Shown piece after piece: positions 18,092-26,999 of a DNA stretch of 50,440 nt. Within the stretch, counting starts at the first letter, position 1. Each line of letters starts with the position of its first letter. The notes below the pieces were generated by a model. The model was given only the letters and a program-made list of their open reading frames with translations. It did not search any database and was not told the origin of the DNA. Origin of the DNA: a virus (lineage: Duplodnaviria > Caudoviricetes); the IMG/VR virus record IMGVR_UViG_3300033388_005055, positions 1 to 50,440 of that record. One strand, given 5' to 3'. A program made the position numbers and the translations under genes.

Positions 18092-18508
18092 TTACTCCGG
18101 GTCAATTGGTGTTATATCTTCAGGAAGCAAAGTAATTGCAGCCTGTGCAAAAACAGGGGAGGAAGCATCATAAGCAGGACCGGCATATCTGGAACATTCA
18201 ACATTATCCCATATCTCCCGACCAAACTCTGCTCCGGCTCCGTCTGTTTTGATAATAACACAATCATGATACTCATTCTTATTTTTCCAATCCAGAAGAA
18301 TCTTTAATGTTTTTGAATTCCTCTTGATTTTAAATACCATAGGAACGGGAGGAATCTTTGTAACTCCATTTTTAACCGGGACCGTTTTATTCTGTCCTGG
18401 TACATCGACTACACCCTCTTCAAGAGGATATTCGTCCATTGATACCAGTCCTTCTAAGACTTCACCGTCTACGACAAGTATCTTCTTTTCTACCATATCA
18501 CCTTTCAT
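18092..18508 (-). CDS. Tail tube protein
   Basis: 138 aa directly after the sheath gene. Confidence 0.8.
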   Translation of the reverse strand: MKGDMVEKKILVVDGEVLEGLVSMDEYPLEEGVVDVPGQNKTVPVKNGVTKIPPVPMVFKIKRNSKTLKILLDWKNKNEYHDCVIIKTDGAGAEFGREIWDNVECSRYAGPAYDASSPVFAQAAITLLPEDITPIDPE

Positions 18509-18519
18509 GATTTATCTCC

Positions 18520-20358
18520 TTATCTTAAAAGTATACCGACACCAATCTGTATCGATTCAGCCGGGGCGGGATATGTGAAATATGTATCATATGTTCGCTC
18601 ACCTGCCTGTAGGTTAGTTTTTGAATTTTTAATCGGATCGATTGAAACTGTAAAATGATCTTCAGCTACCGAATCGGTTCCGTCGTCTTCCTGAGTCTGT
18701 CCGAAAGTTTCACCTTCTGGAGAATCTCCGGTTGATCCTGATTTCCATAATTTATAGAGAAATGTCAGAATTGCCATTTTATCATTTTTGAGTCTGGCGA
18801 TCGCGTTTGGAGTGTTCTCAGAACCTGAAAGACTATCAACAGAAGAAACTTTTATAAAGTTCCTCATCAATATCCCGTTTCCAAATGCATAAGCATTATC
18901 GGTTGAAGGAGTCCGGCAGTTAGCCAGTTTTATTCCTATCCCGGCTTTTTCCTGAATAAGATTAATTCCATTTTCTGCGATATCAGTACGGTCTCTATTG
19001 TTTAGAAACTGATCTCCAACAACTCCCTCGGCCCCCAGGATTAAAGTTTCATTTGTAGCTGGTACATAATGGATTCCGAAAGTTGCTATAGTCCTAACCC
19101 ATACTCCCATAACATGACCACAGTTAGGAACATTTCTAAGCGGTGCATTTGCTGAGACTGTGAAAGGGTCTGAAACTTTCAGCCAGTTTGCAGGGATAAT
19201 CATATCGACTTCATCTGATCTCTGATAAGAATTCCCGATTGTTGCCAACTGAGATTTCGTTCTGTCTTCAGTAATTACAGTGATCACGATAGGATTATCA
19301 TTTTTTGTTCTGGATTTACTGTAAATCTCAAGTTCTTTCTGAATCGCTTCATTTGTGCTCTCTGGATTTGCAAGAAATCTAACATCAGCATCATTTAAGT
19401 TTTCATAAAAAACCCTTGCTCCAGCTGCTGTATTAACTGTTGTTCCATCGGCTCCACTGGCTAGGAAAATTACAGTTGCGTTTTCAACTGGCAATCTTTC
19501 GCCTAAAGTAGATGCTGAGGCTTCAGTGATTTTTATGAATGTATTTGAAGCGTGAATATTTTCAACATAAAAGTCGGTAACTGCTGATTCTGTAGAACAG
19601 ATCTGAGTCCCGAGCTCTGCGTTTACTTCTGTAATAATTCCGGTTGTAGACTCTCTGTATGTCTGAACTGTGAATCCCTGAATTACAACATCGTCGTCTA
19701 TAGCCAGAGTTTCACCTGAAGATCCGGTCTGTTCAAAATCACCCGACCATGAAACAGAATTAGCTGATTCATTAATTGCTGTTACAACTTTATATACAGG
19801 TTTTGCGCCGGAATCGGTTTTAAAGAGAATAATATCTCCGACTACAATTCCGATTACACTATCGAGAACCGCGGTTGATACTCCAGTCGCTGCGACTGTT
19901 GCAGCTGCAAGGGTGGAGAATCTATCAACATGAGTTATTTTAAATCCGGTTCTATTTCCAGAAACACCGAATTCAAGTTCTTCCTGATAAGCAGCCTCAA
20001 TTGTGTAAGCGTCTGCGTCTGCGCCATCATCAGCGACCTCTTTTTCAGCGACTACCGAATCGATGGCGTTCCCATCATACCCGAGAAGAGTCTGTATCCA
20101 CAAAGTCGGAGAAGTCCCGACGGTATTATCGAAAAATCCTTTTACAGTGTCCGGTCCGTAATCGTTCGGATTAACCTGGCCTCCGAATATCTGTGCGAAA
20201 TCTTCCGGGGATTTAACCTCGAAAGCTTTGTTATAGCTTCTTTCAAAATTAGCAATTATACCACCGATTAAAAAATCAGAGGCAACAACGGCCAATGTCC
20301 GTTTAACAGGAAGATTTTTCCCGTTTAATCCGAATGTCCTTAAATTCTTAGTACCCAT
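18520..20358 (-). CDS. Contractile tail sheath protein
   Basis: VPNCGHVMG..IHYVPA..DIAENGINLI..YPAPAESIQI sheath motifs. Confidence 0.9.
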   Translation of the reverse strand: MGTKNLRTFGLNGKNLPVKRTLAVVASDFLIGGIIANFERSYNKAFEVKSPEDFAQIFGGQVNPNDYGPDTVKGFFDNTVGTSPTLWIQTLLGYDGNAIDSVVAEKEVADDGADADAYTIEAAYQEELEFGVSGNRTGFKITHVDRFSTLAAATVAATGVSTAVLDSVIGIVVGDIILFKTDSGAKPVYKVVTAINESANSVSWSGDFEQTGSSGETLAIDDDVVIQGFTVQTYRESTTGIITEVNAELGTQICSTESAVTDFYVENIHASNTFIKITEASASTLGERLPVENATVIFLASGADGTTVNTAAGARVFYENLNDADVRFLANPESTNEAIQKELEIYSKSRTKNDNPIVITVITEDRTKSQLATIGNSYQRSDEVDMIIPANWLKVSDPFTVSANAPLRNVPNCGHVMGVWVRTIATFGIHYVPATNETLILGAEGVVGDQFLNNRDRTDIAENGINLIQEKAGIGIKLANCRTPSTDNAYAFGNGILMRNFIKVSSVDSLSGSENTPNAIARLKNDKMAILTFLYKLWKSGSTGDSPEGETFGQTQEDDGTDSVAEDHFTVSIDPIKNSKTNLQAGERTYDTYFTYPAPAESIQIGVGILLR

Positions 20359-20621
20359 TATTCAGTCTCCTCTTTTTTGGGTTCTGGTGTCTGTACGATT
20401 TCTTTTTTAGGATTAGAGATCCCACTGACAACAAATAGTTTTTTAGCCTGGTTCCAATCTGGATGTTTAAGCCATTTTTTAGGAATTTCTTTTGTTTCCC
20501 TGGATAAAAAAGTGATCATATCTCTACCGATATGGAGATCATATTTTCTATTCCCTCTGAATGTTACCGGAATCATTTCAATATTTACAGTTTCCGGAGT
20601 AATAATTTTTACTCTTGACAT
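20358..20621 (-). CDS. Hypothetical protein
   Basis: RBS GGAGG; coupled to the sheath start. Confidence 0.6.
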   Translation of the reverse strand: MSRVKIITPETVNIEMIPVTFRGNRKYDLHIGRDMITFLSRETKEIPKKWLKHPDWNQAKKLFVVSGISNPKKEIVQTPEPKKEETE

Positions 20622-20622
20622 A

Positions 20623-20832
20623 TTATACAACCTCCCAATTTTCGCTAAACAATTCTATCATTGTTTCTTTCCATGGGACTTTCCCGAATCTGCTCTCAAC
20701 ATATAAATAAGGTGCTGTCATTTTACTGTTTTCATCAGGGAATTGTGCTCTAATAACAACGTCTTTTCCCCATTGTGGCAATCTCATCCCATATCCTTTT
20801 TTTACTTCTTCTAATGCTTTTCCAAAATCCAT
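20623..20832 (-). CDS. DUF2829 / Tad2-like anti-defence signal sponge
   Basis: MDFGKALEEVKKG..RLPQW..MTAPYLYV..VPW..ELFSENWEVV follows the DUF2829 pattern. Confidence 0.8.
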   Translation of the reverse strand: MDFGKALEEVKKGYGMRLPQWGKDVVIRAQFPDENSKMTAPYLYVESRFGKVPWKETMIELFSENWEVV

Positions 20833-20833
20833 A

Positions 20834-22033
20834 TTAATTTTCCCCCGAGATATTTATATTCGATGTTATATCTATAGTTTTAACTAATTCTTCAGCTTCT
20901 GCAAGCTGTTCGATAACTTCAATTGTCATTTGAAACTGGACTTTAGGAATTATATCAATCCCTTGTGGTGGCCTTGTTTCTGTTGGAGCTCCATTAAAAT
21001 CTATTTCGTGCTTTCTTCCGTTAATCCATATTAATTCATTCCCTATAAAATCCCGGATAGCTTTTGTCATTACGGCAATTAAAGAGGAAGCTCGCGCTTC
21101 ACAATCTAAAAGGATTAAATAATCCCAGACCTGACCCTCTTTCCGTTCTGTCATAGACCCGTCAGTTTTATAGGATTCGATAAAATGATCAAGTTTCCCG
21201 GTTCTAAGGATAGGATCTGCGGTAATACCCCAGACACATAAACCCGGTAATCTGACATTTCTTTCATCAGGATTGATATAAACAGGAAAAGTGATGTAAA
21301 TATCTGCATCGGTATAATCATTAAGAATAGTTTTCCCGTCGAAATTGTCATTAATTATCGCTACGGAGATATTATCATCCATAGAAGCGATTTGATGAGT
21401 CTCCGAATTATTCCCGTCGTCAATTAAAATAACTGCATACCTATCAAGATAATTATAATCCCCGGTTGGGATTTCTGTCTCTCCTGCTGATACCGATATA
21501 GTCCCGAGTAAAATTCCTTTTCCGACATTCTGTGTAAGGTAATATTCAAGATGTTCTTGCACTGAATTAAGTATGTCTATCGGTAATTCTTCAAGCTCGA
21601 CGATCATCTCAGATAAAATTATTGAATCATCACCTGGATAAAGAGCAGTGATTTCTATTCTATCGATCGAGGTAATATCTTTTACATTAATATTCACATC
21701 AGTGAAAGAGTCATAAACCGGGAGAAAATATTCATCAGTATCATTTATCTTAATTTTGTAGTTAAAATCTGATTCTAAATTCCGACCATAGTGTTGACGG
21801 CCTTTTGTATCGCTCCATATGCTGAAAGTAAGAATCTCATAATCAGTAATATCTATAGGTGAAAGGGATTTTGTGAGAGTCTTGATGGTATCACCTGATT
21901 TAAACTGAGCAATAAGAGAAGTATTATAATTCAAACTTGCGATATAATCAGAGAATTCATTCAATGCAATTACTGAAGGTGAATTGATTGTCCATCCGGT
22001 TAAACTGGTAAAATCTTCTATTTTAAGTTTCAT
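20834..22033 (-). CDS. Putative tail terminator/neck protein with accessory domains
   Basis: Position before the sheath; beta-rich; inference from synteny. Confidence 0.5.
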   Translation of the reverse strand: MKLKIEDFTSLTGWTINSPSVIALNEFSDYIASLNYNTSLIAQFKSGDTIKTLTKSLSPIDITDYEILTFSIWSDTKGRQHYGRNLESDFNYKIKINDTDEYFLPVYDSFTDVNINVKDITSIDRIEITALYPGDDSIILSEMIVELEELPIDILNSVQEHLEYYLTQNVGKGILLGTISVSAGETEIPTGDYNYLDRYAVILIDDGNNSETHQIASMDDNISVAIINDNFDGKTILNDYTDADIYITFPVYINPDERNVRLPGLCVWGITADPILRTGKLDHFIESYKTDGSMTERKEGQVWDYLILLDCEARASSLIAVMTKAIRDFIGNELIWINGRKHEIDFNGAPTETRPPQGIDIIPKVQFQMTIEVIEQLAEAEELVKTIDITSNINISGEN

Positions 22034-22233
22034 TAGATTTAATTACCTCCCAGCTTTAATATCCCATCATAAAAACTACAGGATACTCCGTGATATATCA
22101 TATAATCTCTCACTCTTTCTAAATCTTCATAAGGGATATCAGAATCATTGATTATTTTTATAGTTGAATGAGGATGATTGTTTAACATTGCAATTAAAAT
22201 ACTTTTATCAAATGATTCTATTTTAAGTTTCAT
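22016..22233. repeat. 18-bp direct repeat (ATGAAACTTAAAATAGAA on minus strand) 200 bp apart
   Basis: ttctattttaagtttcat at 22016-22033 and 22216-22233. Confidence 0.9.
22039..22233 (-). CDS. Hypothetical protein (inserted gene)
   Basis: Starts MKLKIE, the same as the downstream gene. Confidence 0.6.
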   Translation of the reverse strand: MKLKIESFDKSILIAMLNNHPHSTIKIINDSDIPYEDLERVRDYMIYHGVSCSFYDGILKLGGN

Positions 22234-22819
22234 CGAATTTATCCGTCTCCTTATTTTTTGCAAACAGCTTTTGAAAAGCCTGCTCATTGCCTTTCTGGAT
22301 TAACTGATCCATTGCATCCCGGACCGCTTTCACGTTTTCAGCTTTTTTCTTTTTATTCAGAAATTTTCTGAAAGCTTTTGAGAATGCAGGTCTGGGTGGT
22401 ATCCTTATTATACCACCATTTTTCATTTTAATCAGTGCCCCTTTTTCATGGATATCAAATAAATCTCTCAAGGGGATTCCGGCTTCATGATGTTTCGCCC
22501 ATCTGGCAAAAACTCTGTATCCTTTTTTTATCTTCCTGATAGCAAATAAATTTATATAACTATTGTCTTCTGTTTCACCATCTCCATATAGAGGTGTGTC
22601 CGGTTTCGGCTTTCCCTGTTTGGCTTTCGCTAAAATTGTTTTATTTTTTAACCTAGTTAATCCAAACGAATCATTTTTAATCCCATCCTGAAAAGTTTCG
22701 ATAAGAGAGACTGCATCTTTTTTGGAAAAAGTATCGGCGGTTTGTTCTACCAGTTTCGGGAGTCTGCGAATTCTCGATTTTACTGCAGCGTAATTTTTCG
22801 AGAATTTCGGCTTTATCAT
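22223..22819 (-). CDS. Neck / tail-completion protein (HK97 gp10-like)
   Basis: PLYGDG..IHEKGA..IPPRPAF. Confidence 0.7.
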   Translation of the reverse strand: MIKPKFSKNYAAVKSRIRRLPKLVEQTADTFSKKDAVSLIETFQDGIKNDSFGLTRLKNKTILAKAKQGKPKPDTPLYGDGETEDNSYINLFAIRKIKKGYRVFARWAKHHEAGIPLRDLFDIHEKGALIKMKNGGIIRIPPRPAFSKAFRKFLNKKKKAENVKAVRDAMDQLIQKGNEQAFQKLFAKNKETDKFDET

Positions 22820-22929
22820 TTTATTATATCCAACTTAGGAGGTTTTCCAATGTCTATTTTTAACATATTAGATGGTTTCTTTATTACGTTTATTTGATCC
22901 TTTGTGACTTCTGGTTTTTTAATTATCAT
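22816..22929 (-). CDS. 37-aa Lys/Pro/Ile-rich mini-protein (not in ORF track)
   Basis: MIIKKPEVTKDQINVIKKPSNMLKIDIGKPPKLDIIK with ATGA overlaps at both ends. Confidence 0.5.
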   Translation of the reverse strand: MIIKKPEVTKDQINVIKKPSNMLKIDIGKPPKLDIIK

Positions 22930-23369
22930 TTTAGATTTAATCCGAGAACAGTGTAAAGGAAATTTGTCCCGAATTGATCCCGTAGAGATTTATCAACAAT
23001 CTCATATGTTTTCCCGTTGACGATAACATCGGCTTTTACTGTGTTAATATCATTGATGTCATATCCGGCGTTCAACCAAACAATGGAAGAAGTCCATACT
23101 ATGAGGTCTGTATCCTCTCTAATCCCTGCGTTTGACTTCTCTTTTGTAGTTGGAGAGAAAGTTAAGGGGAAGGCTTTGAGCGATAGCTTGTCGGGATTAT
23201 TGGCTTTCCTGTTGATAATAGATCCGTATCCATCCCGGGTGATAGTGTCCTCTTGAAAGAACCGGATAAGAATCGGCGCACCGTATTGATTTATTGTTCG
23301 GGTAATATCGCATGCCGCGAGCTTGAACTCGTGATCAACACCACATCTTCCACTATTACATGTACTCAT
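22926..23369 (-). CDS. Head-closure/stopper protein
   Basis: Size, position, and a C-terminal DVIVNGKTYEIVD beta motif. Confidence 0.6.
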   Translation of the reverse strand: MSTCNSGRCGVDHEFKLAACDITRTINQYGAPILIRFFQEDTITRDGYGSIINRKANNPDKLSLKAFPLTFSPTTKEKSNAGIREDTDLIVWTSSIVWLNAGYDINDINTVKADVIVNGKTYEIVDKSLRDQFGTNFLYTVLGLNLK

Positions 23370-23375
23370 ACTTTT

Positions 23376-23404
23376 ATTATGTGCTTATTTTGAGAAAAAG
23401 ACAA
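23376..23404 (-). promoter_or_regulatory. Promoter re-initiating the neck/tail operon, probably leaderless
   Basis: TTGTCT(23404)-17-CATAAT(23381-76), then 6 nt to ATG23369; no SD. Confidence 0.5.
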
Positions 23405-23426
23405 TAAAAGGAGGTAAAAGAGTATT

Positions 23427-23461
23427 ATACTATTGATGTGATACTATTGATGTGATATAAT
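23427..23461 (+). promoter_or_regulatory. Strong sigma70 promoter overlapped by a 14-bp tandem repeat
   Basis: TTGATG(23433)-17-TATAAT(23456) with extended TG; ATACTATTGATGTG twice at 23427-23454. Confidence 0.8.
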
Positions 23462-23482
23462 AGAGGGTAAGGAGATATAATT

Positions 23483-23689
23483 ATGGAAGAAGAATTAAAA
23501 CCGTGCCCTTTTTGCGGTCACAAGCCTACATGGCAATTGACAAAGAAAAAGAATTGTCAGATGCATGGTGATGAATATCAGGATCATATTTTATTGTGTG
23601 CTAGTCCACATTGTCCCATCCATCCAAGGATGTTACTAATCGGACCAAATAAAGAATCGTTAAGAGAAGCTTGGAATACAAGAGCATAA
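23483..23689 (+). CDS. Lar-like (restriction alleviation) Zn-finger protein
   Basis: ELKPCPFCG...C...C...EAWNTRA. Confidence 0.75.
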   Translation: MEEELKPCPFCGHKPTWQLTKKKNCQMHGDEYQDHILLCASPHCPIHPRMLLIGPNKESLREAWNTRA

Positions 23690-23693
23690 TCAA

Positions 23694-23707
23694 GCCTCTT
23701 CGGAGGC
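23694..23707 (+). other. C(UUCG)G tetraloop hairpin in the intergenic space
   Basis: GCCTC-TTCG-GAGGC with no U tract. Confidence 0.6.
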
Positions 23708-23717
23708 AAGGAGAAGA

Positions 23718-24005
23718 ATGATGAACGATAAGAGAATATGGAAATATCAATTAGAGGCAACTGATATTCAAATTTTACAAATTCCTTCCGGAGGTGTAAT
23801 TCTAAGTTGTCAAATACAGAAAGGTAAACCGTGTCTATGGGTAATGGTTGAACCCGAATTAAAAAAGACAGATAGATTTATTGAAATAATAGGAACTGGG
23901 AATCCAGCCCATGAAACATTGAATGTTAAAAGAATATTCATTGATACAATTCAAATTGATGGTGGTGATTTAGTTTTTCATATCTTTGAAAGAGTTGAGA
24001 GGTAA
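23718..24005 (+). CDS. Conserved hypothetical phage protein
   Basis: RIWKYQL..PCLWVMV..IIGTG..LVFHIFE; RBS AAGGAG. Confidence 0.7.
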   Translation: MMNDKRIWKYQLEATDIQILQIPSGGVILSCQIQKGKPCLWVMVEPELKKTDRFIEIIGTGNPAHETLNVKRIFIDTIQIDGGDLVFHIFERVER

Positions 24006-24008
24006 ACT

Positions 24009-24272
24009 ATGACACCATCAGAAGTAAAAGAGTATAGGGAATCAAAAAAATGGACTCAGAAAGAACTTGCTCATATTTTGGGTTGTTCTAAAAGAACCGT
24101 TGAAGGTTGGGAAAATGGGATTATTAAGAAGTTTTCTAATATGGGTCAGAAAATGTGGGATCAGTTTTTGGAGAAATCGATAAAAGACAGTCTTGAAGTA
24201 ATAGGAAAATATGACAAGGAATTCGGTCCCAAAGATAGATCTCTTCATGAATTGTTGGAGAAAGAATCATGA
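24009..24272 (+). CDS. XRE-family HTH regulator
   Basis: MTPSEVKEYRESKKWTQKELAHILGCSKRTVEGWENG. Confidence 0.9.
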   Translation: MTPSEVKEYRESKKWTQKELAHILGCSKRTVEGWENGIIKKFSNMGQKMWDQFLEKSIKDSLEVIGKYDKEFGPKDRSLHELLEKES

Positions 24273-24568
24273 CTAAAAAAGATGTATTTGAAAAATACGA
24301 TTATAGCTTGCATAAGCTTTTTAAAAAGTGCTCATCTGTAATAAATACAACATGGTTTTACTCAATGCACTGGGGAAAACATCCTAAAGAACGTCACTGG
24401 ACTATGGATGCGAAAAACGATTGTCAACAAAGAATACTTGATCTTGAAAAAGAATTGTCTGAATTGAGAGGGATAAAAAAAGAGCTTGAAGAGATAGCGC
24501 CTTTTTTTTATCCAGAGAAAGAATCCACTTCCCTGACAAAAGAAGAAGTTGATAACTTATTATCTTAA
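24269..24568 (+). CDS. Hypothetical protein
   Basis: ATGA coupling; coiled-coil C-terminal half. Confidence 0.6.
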   Translation: MTKKDVFEKYDYSLHKLFKKCSSVINTTWFYSMHWGKHPKERHWTMDAKNDCQQRILDLEKELSELRGIKKELEEIAPFFYPEKESTSLTKEEVDNLLS

Positions 24569-24572
24569 TCAA

Positions 24573-24597
24573 ATAGTGGGACTAACCATCCCGCTAT
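24573..24597 (+). terminator. Hairpin closing the antisense cassette
   Basis: ATAGTGGGA-7-TCCCGCTAT; the G.U pair forms on the plus strand; weak U tract. Confidence 0.5.
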
Positions 24598-24607
24598 CTT
24601 CCATGTT

Positions 24608-25456
24608 TTAAGCTCCCACTATTCCAGTCTGATATTTCCTGAGTATCACAAATGCGTCAGCATCCATCATGTCAAGAATTTCCGTATACTTCCCCCGGTT
24701 CCCGTAACCTTTGCTGTATGACTGCATAGAGAGATTCCCCCCGCCTGTTCTGGCACCAATAGCGACAAGCATTTTCTTAGCTGTCATCACGGTTATCAGT
24801 TCACATATATCAATCGGGGTTTCAGCGTAACCATAAGTATACTTAACTTTTATATTATTTATTCCCTTGTAGAATAATGAATCATAACTTCCTTCATTGA
24901 AATTAGCTATAGATTTTAAGATTCCCTCTTCTTTTAAAACATCAACAGAGAGAAGAAGATTTCCGCTTGTGGTTTCTGCCGGGATATTTGTATATGAAAT
25001 GTTTGTCACTTCAATAATTGGTCTTCTATTCAATATCATAGTGCTTGTCCCGTTCCCGGAATAATGCTCCTCGATTTCTGATACTGAAGAAATAGACTGA
25101 TCGGTCGCATTTTCAACGTAAGGAATGACAAATCCGTCTCTCCGGTTCGCGATCCATTCGTCTGTCATCTCAGTATAGAACGTGAAAGTCAAATCGACTT
25201 GTGCTGCGGTGGCGGTGGCATTTACTGAGATTGTTATCTGTCCAACCTGTCCGACATTATCAACTGACTGAATCACGGCTCCAGCTGGAATTCCCGCGCC
25301 GGATATTCTCATTTCTTTTTCAAGGGATCTGGTATCGATATTTACAATTATAGCGGAGGTATCGGTAGTATCACCTTTAATGATTACAGTGTCCTCAAGA
25401 TCAACACAATATCCTCTTAAATATTTTCTTATATCATTTGCGGTTGGTATACTCAT
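24608..25456 (-). CDS. Head-tail adaptor with an inserted N-terminal beta domain
   Basis: EHYSGNG..LNRRPIIEV..NIKVKYTYGYAETPIDI. Confidence 0.7.
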   Translation of the reverse strand: MSIPTANDIRKYLRGYCVDLEDTVIIKGDTTDTSAIIVNIDTRSLEKEMRISGAGIPAGAVIQSVDNVGQVGQITISVNATATAAQVDLTFTFYTEMTDEWIANRRDGFVIPYVENATDQSISSVSEIEEHYSGNGTSTMILNRRPIIEVTNISYTNIPAETTSGNLLLSVDVLKEEGILKSIANFNEGSYDSLFYKGINNIKVKYTYGYAETPIDICELITVMTAKKMLVAIGARTGGGNLSMQSYSKGYGNRGKYTEILDMMDADAFVILRKYQTGIVGA

Positions 25457-26631
25457 AATCTGCTCCTAAATGTAAATCCAACTGTAGCGTCTGATTGTGC
25501 GCCGTTTGCGGTTGCAACTATTGTTATCTGTGAATCAGAGAATACCCGCTCATCAAAAATAGCCCCCAAATCAAACTTATCACCGCTGTCTTTCGGGATT
25601 GCTATATCTACAACCCCTATTCCATTTGAATATGATGTAGCTGCTGTATCAACCTGGGCCGGTGTGACATCTGTCAAAACATCAGTAAAAACTGGATCTG
25701 TTAGAGCTGCATTAAATAAAATCTTGAATGTAACATCTTTCCCGCCGATAACAGAAAGCGTCAATAGTGCTGGTTCTATGTATAATTTATTATCTTTTCC
25801 CTGATAATCTGAAGGATTTAAAATTGTAAATAAATAGTTGTCTCCGATAGATAAAGATTTGCTTATTGAATATCCTATCGGCAAAGTAAACGTGTTAGGG
25901 TAGGCAGGGCCATGTGTACCGCCCACCGAAGAGGGTGAGAGCATTGAAACCGGTGTTGTATTCCCAGCATTAGATACTCCCATTGATAGGGGCAATGAAG
26001 GAACGTCAACTGATGTTTCTGTATAGTTATTCGAATATTCTATCCTGTGGACTTCTTCAAGGCTTCCATTTTCCGATTCCATTCCAAAATATTGCATCCC
26101 ATATCCAAGCCATTGAAATTTTATCTCATACACATTGCCTTTGTGCGGGTCAAAGTCTGGTCTGGCTCCTGTTGACCAGTCTTCAATATAAGTCCATTCA
26201 TCAACTTTTACCCCGCTTGCTTTTGATCTTCTTAATATCCCGAATTTTAGTCCATCATATCCAAAAAACCAACCATCATTAAAATCCCCGATTCCGATTA
26301 ACTGCTGAGAATCTTCCTGTGGAGTCCCGAAAATAGCTGTAAATCTTGCGACTGCCCCAATCCCTGGGGTATATGTTAAATGCTGTTCTGTCCTGATGAA
26401 AGCTACTCCGGCGGGGTTTGTCCCTGTATTAACTAAAGCATAGTTTTTTTCATGGGTAATAGTTCCACCGTTTATAATTACCTGTCTGATTGCTGCTGGA
26501 TTTATATTATATGGGAATGACCATCCACAATGAACCTCGAAAGGTGCGACTGCTACCTCTCCGAATGCAGTTAATGAGCTTTGACTTTGAGGTGTTGTTT
26601 TTTGGACACTCCCTTTCCACTGCTTATTCAT
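25453..26631 (-). CDS. Virion structural protein (beta-rich)
   Basis: TAFGE..TYTPG..GWFFGYDG..FQWLGYG..SLPL, recalled as a phage virion family; in the head operon. Confidence 0.55.
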   Translation of the reverse strand: MNKQWKGSVQKTTPQSQSSLTAFGEVAVAPFEVHCGWSFPYNINPAAIRQVIINGGTITHEKNYALVNTGTNPAGVAFIRTEQHLTYTPGIGAVARFTAIFGTPQEDSQQLIGIGDFNDGWFFGYDGLKFGILRRSKASGVKVDEWTYIEDWSTGARPDFDPHKGNVYEIKFQWLGYGMQYFGMESENGSLEEVHRIEYSNNYTETSVDVPSLPLSMGVSNAGNTTPVSMLSPSSVGGTHGPAYPNTFTLPIGYSISKSLSIGDNYLFTILNPSDYQGKDNKLYIEPALLTLSVIGGKDVTFKILFNAALTDPVFTDVLTDVTPAQVDTAATSYSNGIGVVDIAIPKDSGDKFDLGAIFDERVFSDSQITIVATANGAQSDATVGFTFRSRL

Positions 26632-26987
26632 TGCGCTCTCACCTCTATTTTAACAGTTCCTGAATCAATTGTTTTTACTAATCGCAGGGCAGTAACAGGG
26701 ACGCACACATCTGAGCAATTTTTCTTTATTACTCCATGTGGCCAGTCTAAAGTGTTCGGGGTTCCTTCTTTAACTGTAAGAATTTTACTAGTAGTTGTTT
26801 GAACTTTAGCCCTCGCACCACCTGTAAAAATGAGTGATACTGTTATTTGTTGAACTCTCAAAGGGATTAAAATCCACTGAGTATTTCCGATAGATAAGAG
26901 TGACAACTCCATTTCATACGCAAAAATTCGTTGTTCCCCATCAGGAGAAATATTTGTCTTCTGCATCTCAATAAAGTTGTCAGCCAT
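26628..26987 (-). CDS. Putative virion structural protein
   Basis: Beta-sandwich-like; in the head operon. Confidence 0.5.
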   Translation of the reverse strand: MADNFIEMQKTNISPDGEQRIFAYEMELSLLSIGNTQWILIPLRVQQITVSLIFTGGARAKVQTTTSKILTVKEGTPNTLDWPHGVIKKNCSDVCVPVTALRLVKTIDSGTVKIEVRAQ

Positions 26988-26999
26988 TTTTACATCTGC

